From Monocercomonoides exilis PA203 (taxonomy: Eukaryota > Protista > Preaxostyla), in contig LSRY02000025.1 of NCBI GenBank assembly GCA_001643675.2, forward strand, positions 434,001 to 498,000: a DNA stretch of 64,000 nucleotides, read 5' to 3'. How positions within the stretch are numbered: position 1 is the stretch's first letter; every line of letters begins with the position of its first letter. The notes under the pieces were generated by a model. The model did not search any database. It saw only the letters and a list, made by a program, of their open reading frames with translations, and was not told the origin of the DNA. Below, piece by piece: positions 35,800 to 48,100 of the stretch. The position numbers and the translations under genes are program-made.

Positions 35800-38110
35800 C
35801 GAAGACAAGAAAGTGACTGGGGTGTTTCATCGGTCCATGCGGCTATCACTATGTGCGACGCAGACACTGGATGGATATGTTGTGGCGCTTTCGGCAACAC
35901 TTTCAGTGTCGCTGGTGAAACAGCATCATTAATTTGCAATGTTGGTGGGTTCGTTGTTAAAAAGAAAGTGGATCTTAGTATCGAACGGCGTGAAAGCGTT
36001 CCATTTGATCTACGTTCTGTTTATCCTTCTGAGAAACAACCTTCCACAGCGCAGCTGGTGTTCCGATCTGCTCAGTCGAGGAGTGCGACTGTGAAGACAG
36101 ACGACGAAGTCATTAGATGAGGAGTTGAAGAGAATGAAGTGTGGAAGATTGAGGAGATGGTGGTGAAACTGGCAAGAAAGATTCTGGAGCTGAGGAAGAA
36201 GCCCAATGCAGAGGTGAAGGATATGATGAAGCAGTTTGTGGAGATAATGAAGAAGATAGAGCTCAGCAAGGAGGAGTGGTGAGTGTAAATTGCAAACTGA
36301 TACTAATGGTTTGGCGATGCATGCTGTCATGCTTTTTTCACTGGCCTCTGCATAGTGCGGGATGGTTTTATCTTTGGCTTTGATGATTCTGCAGTTGGGG
36401 CTACGTGAAAAGTACCAGGAGAAGGTTGCAGTGATTATTTAAAATGGAAGTGTTGTGGTCCTATCGGTACACACAAGCGGAAATGGAGTTGTTGTGAAGT
36501 TGGGCGTTGTGTGAGTGTCGATGGAGAAGTTAATTGATGAGGAGGAGAAGATAAAAGGAAAGGAGCAAATTCCGGGATCATCGAAAGATCTGAGAAGAAC
36601 GAAGCTGTGGCTAATGGTGGTGGCATTGATGATATTTGTGGTGGTGAAGGAGGAGTGGAAGCAACTGTGCTGTTGAAGATAAACAAGATGGAAGAGGAAA
36701 CGAAGATGCTGTTGGAGCTGTCGAAAGTGCAGGAGCTGACGATAATTGAACAGAAGGTGCAATTCAAGTATCTGATTGAGAAGCAGCAGACAGCACTTGC
36801 GCAAAAGGAGAATGAGAAGAATAAAAAGAAGGTCTTATATGAAGAAATTGTGGGGAGGCAGGCTGGGCAGGCGAAGGAGCAGGAGGAGCTGGTGTTGCGG
36901 GGAAACATTGACATAGAAAGTGATTGACGGGCAGAGAAGAAAGGGGCGAGAGAGTGTAACAGTACGAATAGTAGATGGATGAACAGAAGAGGAGGCGAAG
37001 AAAACGAAGAAGCAGAGGAGGGTGTAATGGCAGAAGATAGAAATGCAAGTGAGCTGAATGTGATCCAGCTGTCTCCGCACCACGATGCGAAGAGAGAGCA
37101 GAAGAACTTATTGCTAACTGCAACTCCAACAGGGTAATAGAAAGAGGCAGGGAAGGAAACTGTCGTTCAGTGGCTGGAAGAGAAGCATGCGGAGCAGAAG
37201 AAGGGCGAGACTGTGCGATGGGAAATGATCCACAATGAAAAGAAATTCAGGAAGTTTTTTGAGGATGTGTGGATGTCCGGGAGGTTCATGTGTTAGAAGT
37301 TCACCGGAGATGAGCAATCATTTTTATTGTTTTTCAACATTGTGCTGTTGAAGATGCGTTGGAGAAGAAGATCTAGATGTATTCTGAGGTGTTAAAATGG
37401 TTGAAGTTGGAGAAGGTGAGGACAGAGTCATCTGCATTTCTCGAATATTTTTTGAACTACAACCAGACAGAAGCAGCGAAGCGGAAGGAGGTTATAGAAG
37501 CTCTGCATGATTTCATATTTTGTTTCGATATGTCTTCTTCTTCGTGTTTGTCATCAGGAGAAGCTTGAAGAAAGATCATGTCTGCTCAAATGGAATCTCT
37601 TCTGTGTATTTGCAATCCGCAGATTTCACAGGTGTCTGTTGCCTCTAATCTTTTTGGATTCATTTTATCTATCGCCGTGCTGTCTGCCACCGTTTGCTTC
37701 TGTGCTGGAGACGTGCCAGTTTAACGACTTCTTCTTATTGTGTCTTAGACTATCGGATATGTGCAAATCAACTCACTGGAGAGTTTCTCGAATGTTGAAT
37801 GAATACAGAGTGATTTCAAAGAGTGTGAGAAGGAACTGCAATTCAAGGTGAGTGTGCTTTCTATAGCGACTGAATGAAAATGGATGAGAGCATTTGTCTG
37901 GCTGAGATACGTTTAGGAGACTGTCTATTATGAAATCTCAAAGAAAGAAGGGCATTCGGCTCTATGTCAAATGGAACGGCTGCTGGTTGTACTGCTAAGG
38001 CTGCAGCTGAAAAGGAATGAGGAAGACGTGTCGATATGCATTTGGACGCTGCTGTGGGACAGACAGTGAGTCATGAAGTTTCACGAGACGATGATATTGA
38101 AGAGGGAGAA
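35800..38110 (+). pseudogene. Decayed host-like gene with coiled-coil-like segments (cargo)
   Basis: Coding-like composition and short E/K/Q-rich ORFs (35851-36120, 36607-36927, 37377-37568) broken by stops; no recognised domain. Confidence 0.45.
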
Positions 38111-38779
38111 GTAATTATATCTTACAGAGACACATCGCTATTTGCTTTTTTTCAACAAAGTTTTCATCTGAAGTAGAAAGAATTGGTCATAAATAACATG
38201 TTGCAGTTCTTTGAGCCATTATTAAAAGGGATTGATCAAATGACTTCTCATCAAACATTTTCATCAGTGTTGTCATCTTCATTGTTGCATTCTTTCTCTT
38301 TTATCTCTTGTTTTTTATCGCAGTCATTTTCATTCAAAGAATTGTTCGAATGAAATAAATATATCCCGAATTTTGAGAAAGCATTGTTTTCTTTCATAAG
38401 ATTTCCTTTAAAAAGGCATGAAATGTTGAAGAAAAAGAATAAAAAATGAGGAGGAGGAGGAAGAAGAAGAAGAAAAGATGATGATGATGATTGTTTGAAA
38501 ATTGTTTTTCTGTTGGATTGACTGAAATTTGATTAAACATTCAATTTTCCCCAAAGAAGATATGGAGAAGAGATGGTATCATCAGGTATGGAATAAAAAG
38601 GGAAGATAAGACATATGCTACAGAAAGCAGGCCCAGATGTTGTGAAATTATAATAATGACCGTTATCCGAAGTAATTCAATCAGCAATACTCACACATCG
38701 TTGACATTTTTCAGTAGAACATTATCAGATGATAAAGGAGCTATAGCTAACGGAACTTTCATGGAGGGTTCCCAGAAAA

Positions 38780-39950
38780 CTGTAGACTTAGTGAGAAAAG
38801 AGTTGTGCAGCCTCCTGTCCCAACATTATAAGTTCCATTCTTCTCAAATATTCTTGAGTCAAAAATATTCGCTTCTTCTGAGCCATGCACAAGAGCAAAT
38901 TACTGTTAAGACTGAAATATGAGAAACAATGGCTGCTTCAATTTTTGTTTGGACAATTGCACTCACACCACTTTGTCCATATTTCACATAAGAATTGTCA
39001 TCGATGTCTTCACTTCTTATTTCTGTCATTGTTTTTGCTAATATCTGGACTTCATTTGTACAACCTGGAATAAGTTAAGTGAAACAATGGCTGATAGTGA
39101 AAGCGGATAGCTTTCATTGATTGAAACATGAAAAAGTGCCTTTGGAATTTGGCTGTGCTGCAGTTGAAGAAACAAATCTGGTTCTTCCTCCAGCATCATT
39201 AAGCCATTCACTTTTGTCAATGATTGAACCCGAGTTTGCGCTAACTCTGTTTTCTATTTGTCTGTTTGAATAACAGTTTGGATGAATGTGATTAGCTGAA
39301 GAGCCTTGATGAACAATATCATGTTTTCATTTAACGTATGAGTCATTGTGGAAAAAATAATAGAAAAATAATATTCCTTTTTTTACTGCATTGATTTGCG
39401 ACCCAACAACACCTCCTGCTGTCATCGAAAAGCAGTTGCAGAATATGCAGTTATTTATTAAGACATTGTCCATTGAAAGCCAATGCTCAATTGCGCCACC
39501 TCCAGAACCTGAAGAGTTAAGCGCACTGCAGTTGAAAAATAAACAAATTAATAACACATTTCTTCTGCCTCTCGGTTCTCTTTGCGCGCAGATCAATTGC
39601 CCCTCCGTAGTTGCCGAAAGAGTAATTTTGAAAAGAGTAATCATAAATCGCTGGATGTGTATTGATATTTTCAAACTGAATTCCTTCACCACCGCAACCA
39701 TCTGAACTTGCTTTTTCTGTAGAACATTGCGTTAATGTTGCCTGGAGCACAATACATTCAGCGATATTCATTGCATATATTCTTCCACATCTTGCGGAAA
39801 AAGCATTACATTTAGGAAAAGACGAATTTTCAATTTCAAAACGGTTTTTTCACAGTCTTGGACATAAAGTGCACCTCCTTGTTGCGATGCGCAACCAATC
39901 CATTTCCATAATGAAAATGACTAACTTTCTGTTGCATCCATTTTATTTTT
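38780..39950 (-). pseudogene. Receptor-family ectodomain fragment (cargo)
   Basis: GGAIEHWLSMDNVLINNCIFCNC...GILFFYYFFHND matches receptor 2 GGAIEHWDCTDRVVISNCFFCHC...GTLFYYCFFHNN; DNA similarity to ~56100-57350; frameshifted. Confidence 0.88.
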
Positions 39951-40357
39951 CCTTGAATTTGAATGTTATTCAATTCTTTTTCACCTTGAGAGAAGTATTT
40001 TTCATTTGAATTGCTCAAACCAATATAAACAGTGAAAATGAATGAACAAGTTTTTTCAAATCTGAATAGTTTTTCAACGTTCAAACTTGTGAAACACATT
40101 GTCCCTCATATATCTTGTTCAGAAACTTTCGTGATAAAATGCAACAAATCTTATGTCACCAGAAAACAAATATTTAAATTAATCAAAAAATAACATAAAA
40201 AATTAATATCGAGAACAAGTTTTTTTGGATGTTGAAGTTTATCATAGATAATCTTTCTCGTTTGTGAAATTTTGAATATTGATGATAAATAATGTACACT
40301 GAGTGTTTCATTACTTTCTCCAATCGGTAAATATTTTGATTCTTGGCGACTTTTTTA

Positions 40358-41361
40358 GGGTCAACTTTTTAATGGGGCTTATTCCTTTATTGGCACTTTT
40401 TATTTTCGACAACAAAAAGCTGAAAAGTGTGAAATGGCTTTCAGCATTTGGATAACCGATTTTAACAAAGTTGATTCAATTTATTGCAGGCTTGTTTTTA
40501 AATTTTTGTTTATTATTTAACGAGATATTACGTTTTTTTGATAAATTTGAATTGGTTTTCCCCACTCAACCAAGCATTTCCAGAAAATGAAAAATACTGT
40601 TTTCAAAAGCACAAACAGTTATCTAACTGTTTTCTAATTCTTTTTTTTGGCAAACAATTTTTTCGTGTTATTTTTGCATTTCATTTTTTTAACAACATGC
40701 TAACATAAAACTGATTGTTTCTCTGTAAATATATTGAAATGATAAAAATAAAAATATAATATGTAAAACAAATACTCTAATAATGAAATGTTGTAAAAAT
40801 AAAACATTAATTTCTTATATTTGTCAAGAACTTAACAATGTCACAAAAGTATGATCGAAGGTCAAATATTGTTGGAGCCATTTGACTGTTCTTGACAAAT
40901 ATAAGAAATTAATGTTTTATTTTTACAACATTTCATTATTAGAGTATTTGTTTTACATATTATATTTTTATTTTTATCATTTCAATATATTTACAGAGAA
41001 ACAATCAGTTTTATGTTAGCATGTTGTTAAAAAAATGAAATGCAAAAATAACACGAAAAAATTGTTTGCCAAAAAAAAGAATTAGAAAACAGTTAGATAA
41101 CTGTTTGTGCTTTTGAAAACAGTATTTTTCATTTTCTGGAAATGCTTGGTTGAGTGGGGAAAACCAATTCAAATTTATCAAAAAAACGTAATATCTCGTT
41201 AAATAATAAACAAAAATTTAAAAACAAGCCTGCAATAAATTGAATCAACTTTGTTAAAATCGGTTATCCAAATGCTGAAAGCCATTTCACACTTTTCAGC
41301 TTTTTGTTGTCGAAAATAAAAAGTGCCAATAAAGGAATAAGCCCCATTAAAAAGTTGACCC
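40358..41361. mobile_element. 1,004-bp foldback element (474-bp inverted arms, 56-bp spacer), TA-flanked
   Basis: 40358-40831 is the reverse complement of 40888-41361; termini TA|GGGTCAAC...GTTGACCC|TA; non-coding. Confidence 0.9.
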
Positions 41362-42299
41362 TATAAATTTGACCCTTATCAATCATCTGGAAAAAAAAAT
41401 TGCTGTTAAAACCTTCAAACATTAAAAACAATTAATTTGTAAGGAACAAAATTGTATTCCAAAGCTTGTTTCGAAAAATCGTTCATTATTTCATAACAAT
41501 CTTGTTAAAAAATTTTTTCTTTAATTAATAATAATAAAAAACAATAGATAATTTTTCGAAAATATGATTTGAATAACTTCATGTATATGTATAATATATT
41601 TTTTCACATAAAAAATTTTGTCCTCCTGAGTTATTGCATAATTCCCCAAAATTTTCAAATTTTCCATTGACAATTTCAAAATTATTGGGTAATTTCAAAA
41701 TAACACAATAATTTTGAAATTATTTTTATTTCACAATTCATCTAATGATTTCATTCACGAGACATTTTGCGTGTTTCTTTTTGTTTATTTCATTGTGTAG
41801 TCAAATAGCATTTTGTAAATCACATTTTGAGGTTGAGAGCGTTTTTTTTTCGTTTTGATTGAAAAGTTCTTTTTTTCCAATTTTTCCGATTTTTGTTCAT
41901 TTTTAGTGAGTCAAAATTGAAACATTCAGCAAAACAAATTATTTATTTTTATTTTTATTTTTAGGATGGAAGAAATATGCAAAAAGGTCGTGCGGCTTTT
42001 GCATCTGTTCTTTTCGAGACTGGAACAAACAAAATCCAAAAATCATAATCAACAAATAAACTTCGACAATGATGATTCAGCAATAAAAATATCTTTTCAA
42101 ACATTAAAATATTTGATTTATTTGTTTTGTGGGAAAACAATATTTGTTTTGGTTATTTTTTTTCCAATTGTCATATAACAGCATGAATGTTAAAAATATT
42201 GTCAGTTTTTGTGGAAGGTTTATAAAAATTTCAGTACACATAAATACATAATCTTAAAGAATAAATAGAATTTTTCTAAGTGACGAATGCTTTCATGAT

Positions 42300-43470
42300 T
42301 TCTGTGGTCCAGCTGTTTTCAACTGAATTAGTGATTGAGCGAATTATCGAACGCATGGAGCAAGTTTACTCATCTAATGAGTATCGAAATCCCTTCTATC
42401 TCAGTACACGTGATCAAAAACCCTTTTCCTAGCACGCTCTGGTGTGGAGGATGAGTTGAGAGCGTTCGGGTGATGGTGCGACATCCCTGCTCTATACCCG
42501 CTCCCTCTTGGGATATCTTTGAGGCTACATAGATTTGGCCCTTGCCTCTTCAGTTTCATCACCTATCTGACCTATCCTTCTTCCACTGCGCTTCCTCCGA
42601 TCCTTTCCTCTCTTCTTCAGTGGAGTTGTGTCCTTCTCTCCAGTCAACTCACAGATGCTGCTGGGGATTATGGAGGGAGTCTTCTGACGACTCGGTTGTC
42701 AGTGTGAAGAGCCTCGAAGTTGAACTGTCTCCCTTTTCTTTCCTTCTTCCCTCAGAAGACTCTCTCTTCTTTTCGATCGCTTTCTCGAAAGTTTCTTCCA
42801 TTCTTCAAATCCCGCTTTTGGTAATTCCTCGGTGCGATCTTTCGATTCAGCATCTGCTATCTCGAGCCTCCCCTCCTTCGATACTCCACTCTTATCTGGC
42901 TTGCAATCTTCTCCCCTCTGGGGTACTGATCCGCCGATTGTCTCCAGGATCCATTTTGTGATTTGCACCGGTTACCGTGCATAATATTCCTGGGTCACTC
43001 TCGAACCTGGTGCCCATCTCGCGCACGCATTGATTGCTTTCCAATCTGCATCTTGTTGTTTTGCAAAGTGTGAAATCACTGCGTGTCTTATCGAGTTCGA
43101 CGTGAAAGTCTCTGGTATTCCGTTCTCTCTCAGGACAGCCACTAATTCTTCTTTGATCCTCTGCAAGCTTGTAGGTTGCCTCTCACTGATATTGAACCAC
43201 ACATGTTCATTCTGAAAAGTTGTCTTTGCATAGTCCATCCAAAGTTGGAGCGCCTCCATTGCATCGATACGTGGATTGGGATGTTTCCGTACTGTAACTT
43301 TGACAACCTCACCTCCCGAAGTCTTGGTTCGGACTTGTGTCTGGATAGAGTTAACTTTGAATATCGTTGTCTCTCTTCTCATTCTTTCCAGCTCTGCTAG
43401 CCTTAAAGCTCCAAAAAATCATAGTGAGGATCAGGGCTCTCCTATGGAGTATTTGTGGTTCTGTCATATG
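42300..43470 (-). mobile_element. Truncated DIRS fragment related to element B (YR C-terminus and ICR)
   Basis: ORF 42972-43382 (ENGIPETFTSNSIRHAVISH...ARWAPGSRVTQEYYAR) and 42699-42968 (WILETIGGSVP) match 21200-21700; 42330-42382 resembles the B ICR/left terminus. Confidence 0.88.
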
Positions 43471-43675
43471 GCTGATCCTTATTGAAATCAAACTTTCGTT
43501 CGAGTTTGGATCGAATTTATTTTTCTCAATGGGATTTTGAGTAAAAAATTTATTTTCTTTGAAATATCGTCATGTTCTGTGTGTTTCAACTATAGAAGTT
43601 CATTTTTTCTAAATCCCATTGAGAAAAAATTTTGATCAAAACTTGAACGAAAGCATGATTTCAAGAAGGATCAGC
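43471..43675. mobile_element. ~205-bp MITE-like element with ~65-bp imperfect TIRs
   Basis: GCTGATCCTT...CTCAATGGGATTT (43471-43537) vs AAATCCCATTGAG...AAGGATCAGC (43611-43675); no clear TSD. Confidence 0.7.
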
Positions 43676-43952
43676 TAAATTATAAAACTTTAAAATGTCT
43701 TTTTATATTATTTAATTAATTTTTCAAAAAAATTATTCAAAATTTCAATTAGAGGACAGTTGTTTTTGAGAAAGAAAACCCCAAAAAGTTAAATAATAAA
43801 AAAAAACATATTATTATCACCAAAGAGTGTTGATGAAAGTTCACTCAAAAACATTTAGCCTTTTCATAAAGCTAATTTTTAAATGTTTAGGCACCCGAAA
43901 AGTGGCCTTATGCCTATTTTTTGGTCAAAAAATGGAGATGAAAAATAAAATA

Positions 43953-44403
43953 CAGTCTAAACCGCATATAATCACATCGGTTTTTGCACAACTTTTTGTA
44001 ACTATATCAGATTGTGATAATACACGATGCTGCTTTACACAGAAAAAAATAAAAATTAATTAATTAATTAATTAATTTTGAGTCGATTTTTTCATTTTTG
44101 AAAATTCTTCATAAAAACGCATTTTTCACTTGCGTAATTAATTTTTTGCGAAAATGCATATTATTTTAACTTATTTGAGCACATTTTTGAAAACGCGAAA
44201 AATTGAGATTTTTGATCAAAAAATCGATTTTTCATTGAAAAAGTCACCCATAATAATTAAAAATGTGATTATATATTGTCATCCCTGTGATTATATGCGA
44301 GGAAAAAATGAATGAAAAACAAGCAAAAAATGTCGGTGCATCGAAAAATGTGACTATGGGCGAATGTGATTATATTCGACGTGATTATATCCGGTTTTGA
44401 CTA
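43953..44403. mobile_element. ~450-bp Tc1/mariner-pogo-type MITE
   Basis: TA|CAGTCTAAACCGCATATAATCACATCG...CGACGTGATTATATCCGGTTTTGACTA|TA; subterminal GTGATTATAT repeats at 44266, 44287, 44366 and 44381. Confidence 0.8.
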
Positions 44404-44514
44404 TATAATAATAATTTTTATTAAATTTGCTTTTGTTGCAAATTTTGAAAAATGATTCCAAAATTTTCACTTTGATGAAATTCAGACCTGCAAAGCGAAC
44501 TATATCTCATTTTA

Positions 44515-47500
44515 TCAAATATTCACAAAATAATCAGAAATATTCAACGATAATTCATTTCCCCAAATTGGTCTTTTCAAAACGTCAAAAGTTTTATGAA
44601 AACTCCCAATGCAATCTTCACATCCCTTTTCTTCCATCTTTTCAAATATCTTCCTTTTGGAAGCCTTTTTTCTCTCTATTCCAGCTTTGCGAAACGTCTT
44701 TTCTTTCAATCTTTTTGACACATTCAAAAAGAAATCCAAGCAACCACAAACAGTATAACCTTTCAAAGTCGATCGTTTCATTTCGTCAATGAATAACTTT
44801 ATGGTTTCTTCGTTCACAAATGCATCAATTTCCATATTTCTCTTTTTTGCTGCTTCTCTTATGGAATGAATGCATTTAGCATGAATTTCATTGTGATTAT
44901 CTCTTGACGCTTGAAGCATCTGAACAATGCTTCCGATAAGTCCAATAAATTCCTCATTCCATGATCTGCATGAGTGAAAGAAATCAAAAAATACATAGAT
45001 CCATCTCCTGATTATAGTCACTTCTGTTCTTTCATTCTCATCTTTTTCACTTTTCCAATCAACACACCTTGTCAGCTCTTCAAGTTCTCTTGCTGCTTCT
45101 CCTCCAAAACACAACTCATTCGTAATCACTTCTTCCAAACTTTTGCCATTGTCCAATCGGTTTATTAAAAACCGCCACGCTGACTGATAGGCAAGTCGAG
45201 TAAGATTGCGGTGCTCCTGATGATATTTGATAATTTCTGTTATTTCCTTAAAATACTGTTTTTGCCATATAATCTTATAAGAAACAAGAAAAATGACAAC
45301 AACACCAAAAAGGAAATGGAAATGCTCATACCATGGGTGCTTAACCCGCACCCTGGTGCAAAACCCGCACCCTGCAAATTTCTTGAAAATAGAGATATTT
45401 TTTTTTGCTTATCACAGTTGTTCATTGATAGTGAATTTGATTGAAACTTATTCAAAAAAATTATATATTTTATTTTTTTTATAAAAAGACTTTCAAAAAA
45501 TTGGATTTATAATATTTTTATTTGGAAATGAACTTTATCTATATTTACAGAAAAAGAAAAAAAGAAGAGTTCAAAAAATATGTGCATGCTTGTTTGTTAA
45601 TGTGTTTTCAAATATCTTTATTAGTTTTTTGAATTTGAATTATTCAGCAACAAATTTCACTTTTTATTTGATTGATCAATTCCATTAAAATGTGAAAAAC
45701 GAATCGAAAGTTCAGTAGCTGCATTGATAGAGGTTTGTGAAAATTGTTTCAAATGTTTTTCTATTACAGCTTTGTGTTTATTATATTATTGCTTATTATT
45801 GTGTTATATAACTCATCTTTTTTTTATTTGAATTATTCAACCAAGTTATTCATTTATTAATTTGTTTTGGATATTTAATATTTGATAAATTGTTTCCATG
45901 GTTTAATTGTTATTACATATTTATTGTTGATGTTGGTCAAGTTCTAATATTTTTCTTTTGTGAGTTTTGGTGATACTGGTTTTTTTGAAGATTATTTTTG
46001 GTTATTTTATTGTTTTCAAAATTGTTATTTACGTTCTGCGTATAAATGCTGTTGAGCATATGAATGTTTTATTCACTTGTCACAAAGATGTCAGATTTGC
46101 AAATTATGAGCTTTTTGTTTTTAATGATATTTTCTTTACAAAACTGTTGTTTTCAGAATAGCTATTTTTTAACAATGATTGTGATGGAATACTTTTAATC
46201 TTTGATTCAGTGTTCATTCTATCACCAAGTTATATTTAACCTGAACTGTCGTATTCAAAATGATAATCTCACTGACAAAAATAAAAATACTTTTTTCAAT
46301 AAGGATGATAACGGAAAAAATATTAAATTAGAAGAAAAATAAATTAGACATTCATCGATATAACTTTAAAAATGTGAAAAAATTTCCAAAATGTTATTAA
46401 AATAGTTCAATATGAAAATTAGCTCACAATTTTCATGAAAATACGTTTATCCCTGGCAACAAATGTTTTTTGCAAATCATTATTTAAGAATGATAAATAT
46501 TAAATTGTTTCAAGAAATTTGAATGATATGATTGGACTGTCTTTGCTTTCCAAAAGCAAAATATTCCAAAAAAAATGAATTGAAAAGAGCTCTAAAATGC
46601 AAGTGAAATGAGAAGAAAAGAATATGAACTGACAAATGAAAATATGTTAAATAAATAAAATAACAATTTTCAAATGAAAAATCTGCATTTGTGACAATTC
46701 AGCCACATTCAATTGCATGATCACTAATTTTTAATGAAATTTAAAATTTGGAAAACACATGCAATTTGAAATTATTCACATGATAAATACTTTCAACAAG
46801 CCAATGATAATATGAAATTTTGATGATTATATTGAAAGTTGCAGAATGTTTCCTGATCAGTGAAAAACAACAATTCGAAATTTGATTTCAAAAACATAAA
46901 AATAATAAAGTGAATAAAAATGAAAGTGTTTGAAAATTATGAAAATAATTATCTTCATTGAAAAAAGTTATAAAATAATACAAAAAACATTTCTATCTCC
47001 AATCAAATATAAATGAAACACAAATCAATCAAAGTTATCGTGTACATCGATATTAACATTAAATATTCAAAATTATATATAATAAAAGCAAGTTATCATT
47101 GAAAAACATTTGAAACAATTTTCACAAACCTCTATCAATGCAGCTACTGAACTTTCGATTCGTTTTTCACATTTTAATGGAATTGATCAATCAAATAAAA
47201 AGTGAAATTTGTTGCTGAATAATTCAAATTCAAAAAACTAATAAAGATATTTGAAAACACATTAACAAACAAGCATGCACATATTTTTTGAACTCTTCTT
47301 TTTTTCTTTTTCTGTAAATATAGATAAAGTTCATTTCCAAATAAAAATATTATAAATCCAATTTTTTGAAAGTCTTTTTATAAAAAAAATAAAATATATA
47401 ATTTTTTTGAATAAGTTTCAATCAAATTCACTATCAATGAACAACTGTGATAAGCAAAAAAAAATATCTCTATTTTCAAGAAATTTGCAGGGTGCGGGTT

Positions 47501-48100
47501 TTGCACCAGGGTGCGGGTTAAGCACCCATGGTACGTAATATTCATTAACGCTCAAAGCCATCAAAGCAATTTTCACTTCTTTTTGAGTTTCCTCATTTTC
47601 CTCTTTCTTCGATGCAGCTTTCAGAAGAAAAAGCACACACGCACAAGGCAGTACTGAAATAGTTCTGTCTTTTAACAAAATATAACATTCACAGAGATCA
47701 ACCAGAAACTTTTCGTTCATTTCTTCTTTTTTCTTATCTTCTTCAGTAATCATATCTCCCATTCTTTTGACCAATAATGACTCATCAAAAGAATAAAACA
47801 AAAAGCATTTAAATTTCTTCACACTACCCACATGCTTCAAACCATTGCTGCATTTTCAAATGATAATTTCTTTTTTTCAATCATTTTTTCAATTTTATTG
47901 AACAGCTCTTTCGTGAAAATATGTCTGAATTCTTCCTTATTCATTTCGTCAATCAACGAATTTAATTCTTCGATTTTGTGTTTCTTATCATCTTCATTGC
48001 AATGCTCCACCTCGAAAAATAATCCTTCAAAAAATAAATCAATAAATAATGCAACAAACAAGAATTCAATTGATACGACAGCTGCACACCAATAACCATT
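44515..48100 (-). pseudogene. Multicopy helical-protein family gene B, with a TE in its intron
   Basis: ORFs 47837-48142, 47418-47840 and 44515-45351 are paralogous to gene A; splicing joins NEYY|IIWQKQYFKEITE in frame; apparent frameshift near 47838. Confidence 0.8.
45331..47531. mobile_element. 2,201-bp non-autonomous DNA transposon with 431-bp inverted arms, TA TSD
   Basis: 45331-45761 is the reverse complement of 47101-47531; TA at 45329-30 and 47532-33; AT-rich non-coding interior. Confidence 0.93.

Larger units (their letters stand above)
34583..41743. mobile_element. 7.16-kb non-autonomous TIR element carrying gene fragments (Pack-type or composite), AAT TSD
   Basis: Ends AGATGAATTG...CAATTCATCT with ~100-bp imperfect TIRs; AAT at 34580-82 and 41744-46; the paralogous site 63960-63979 reads GTTTC-AAT-GATTTCATTCAC (empty site). 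Confidence 0.78.
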
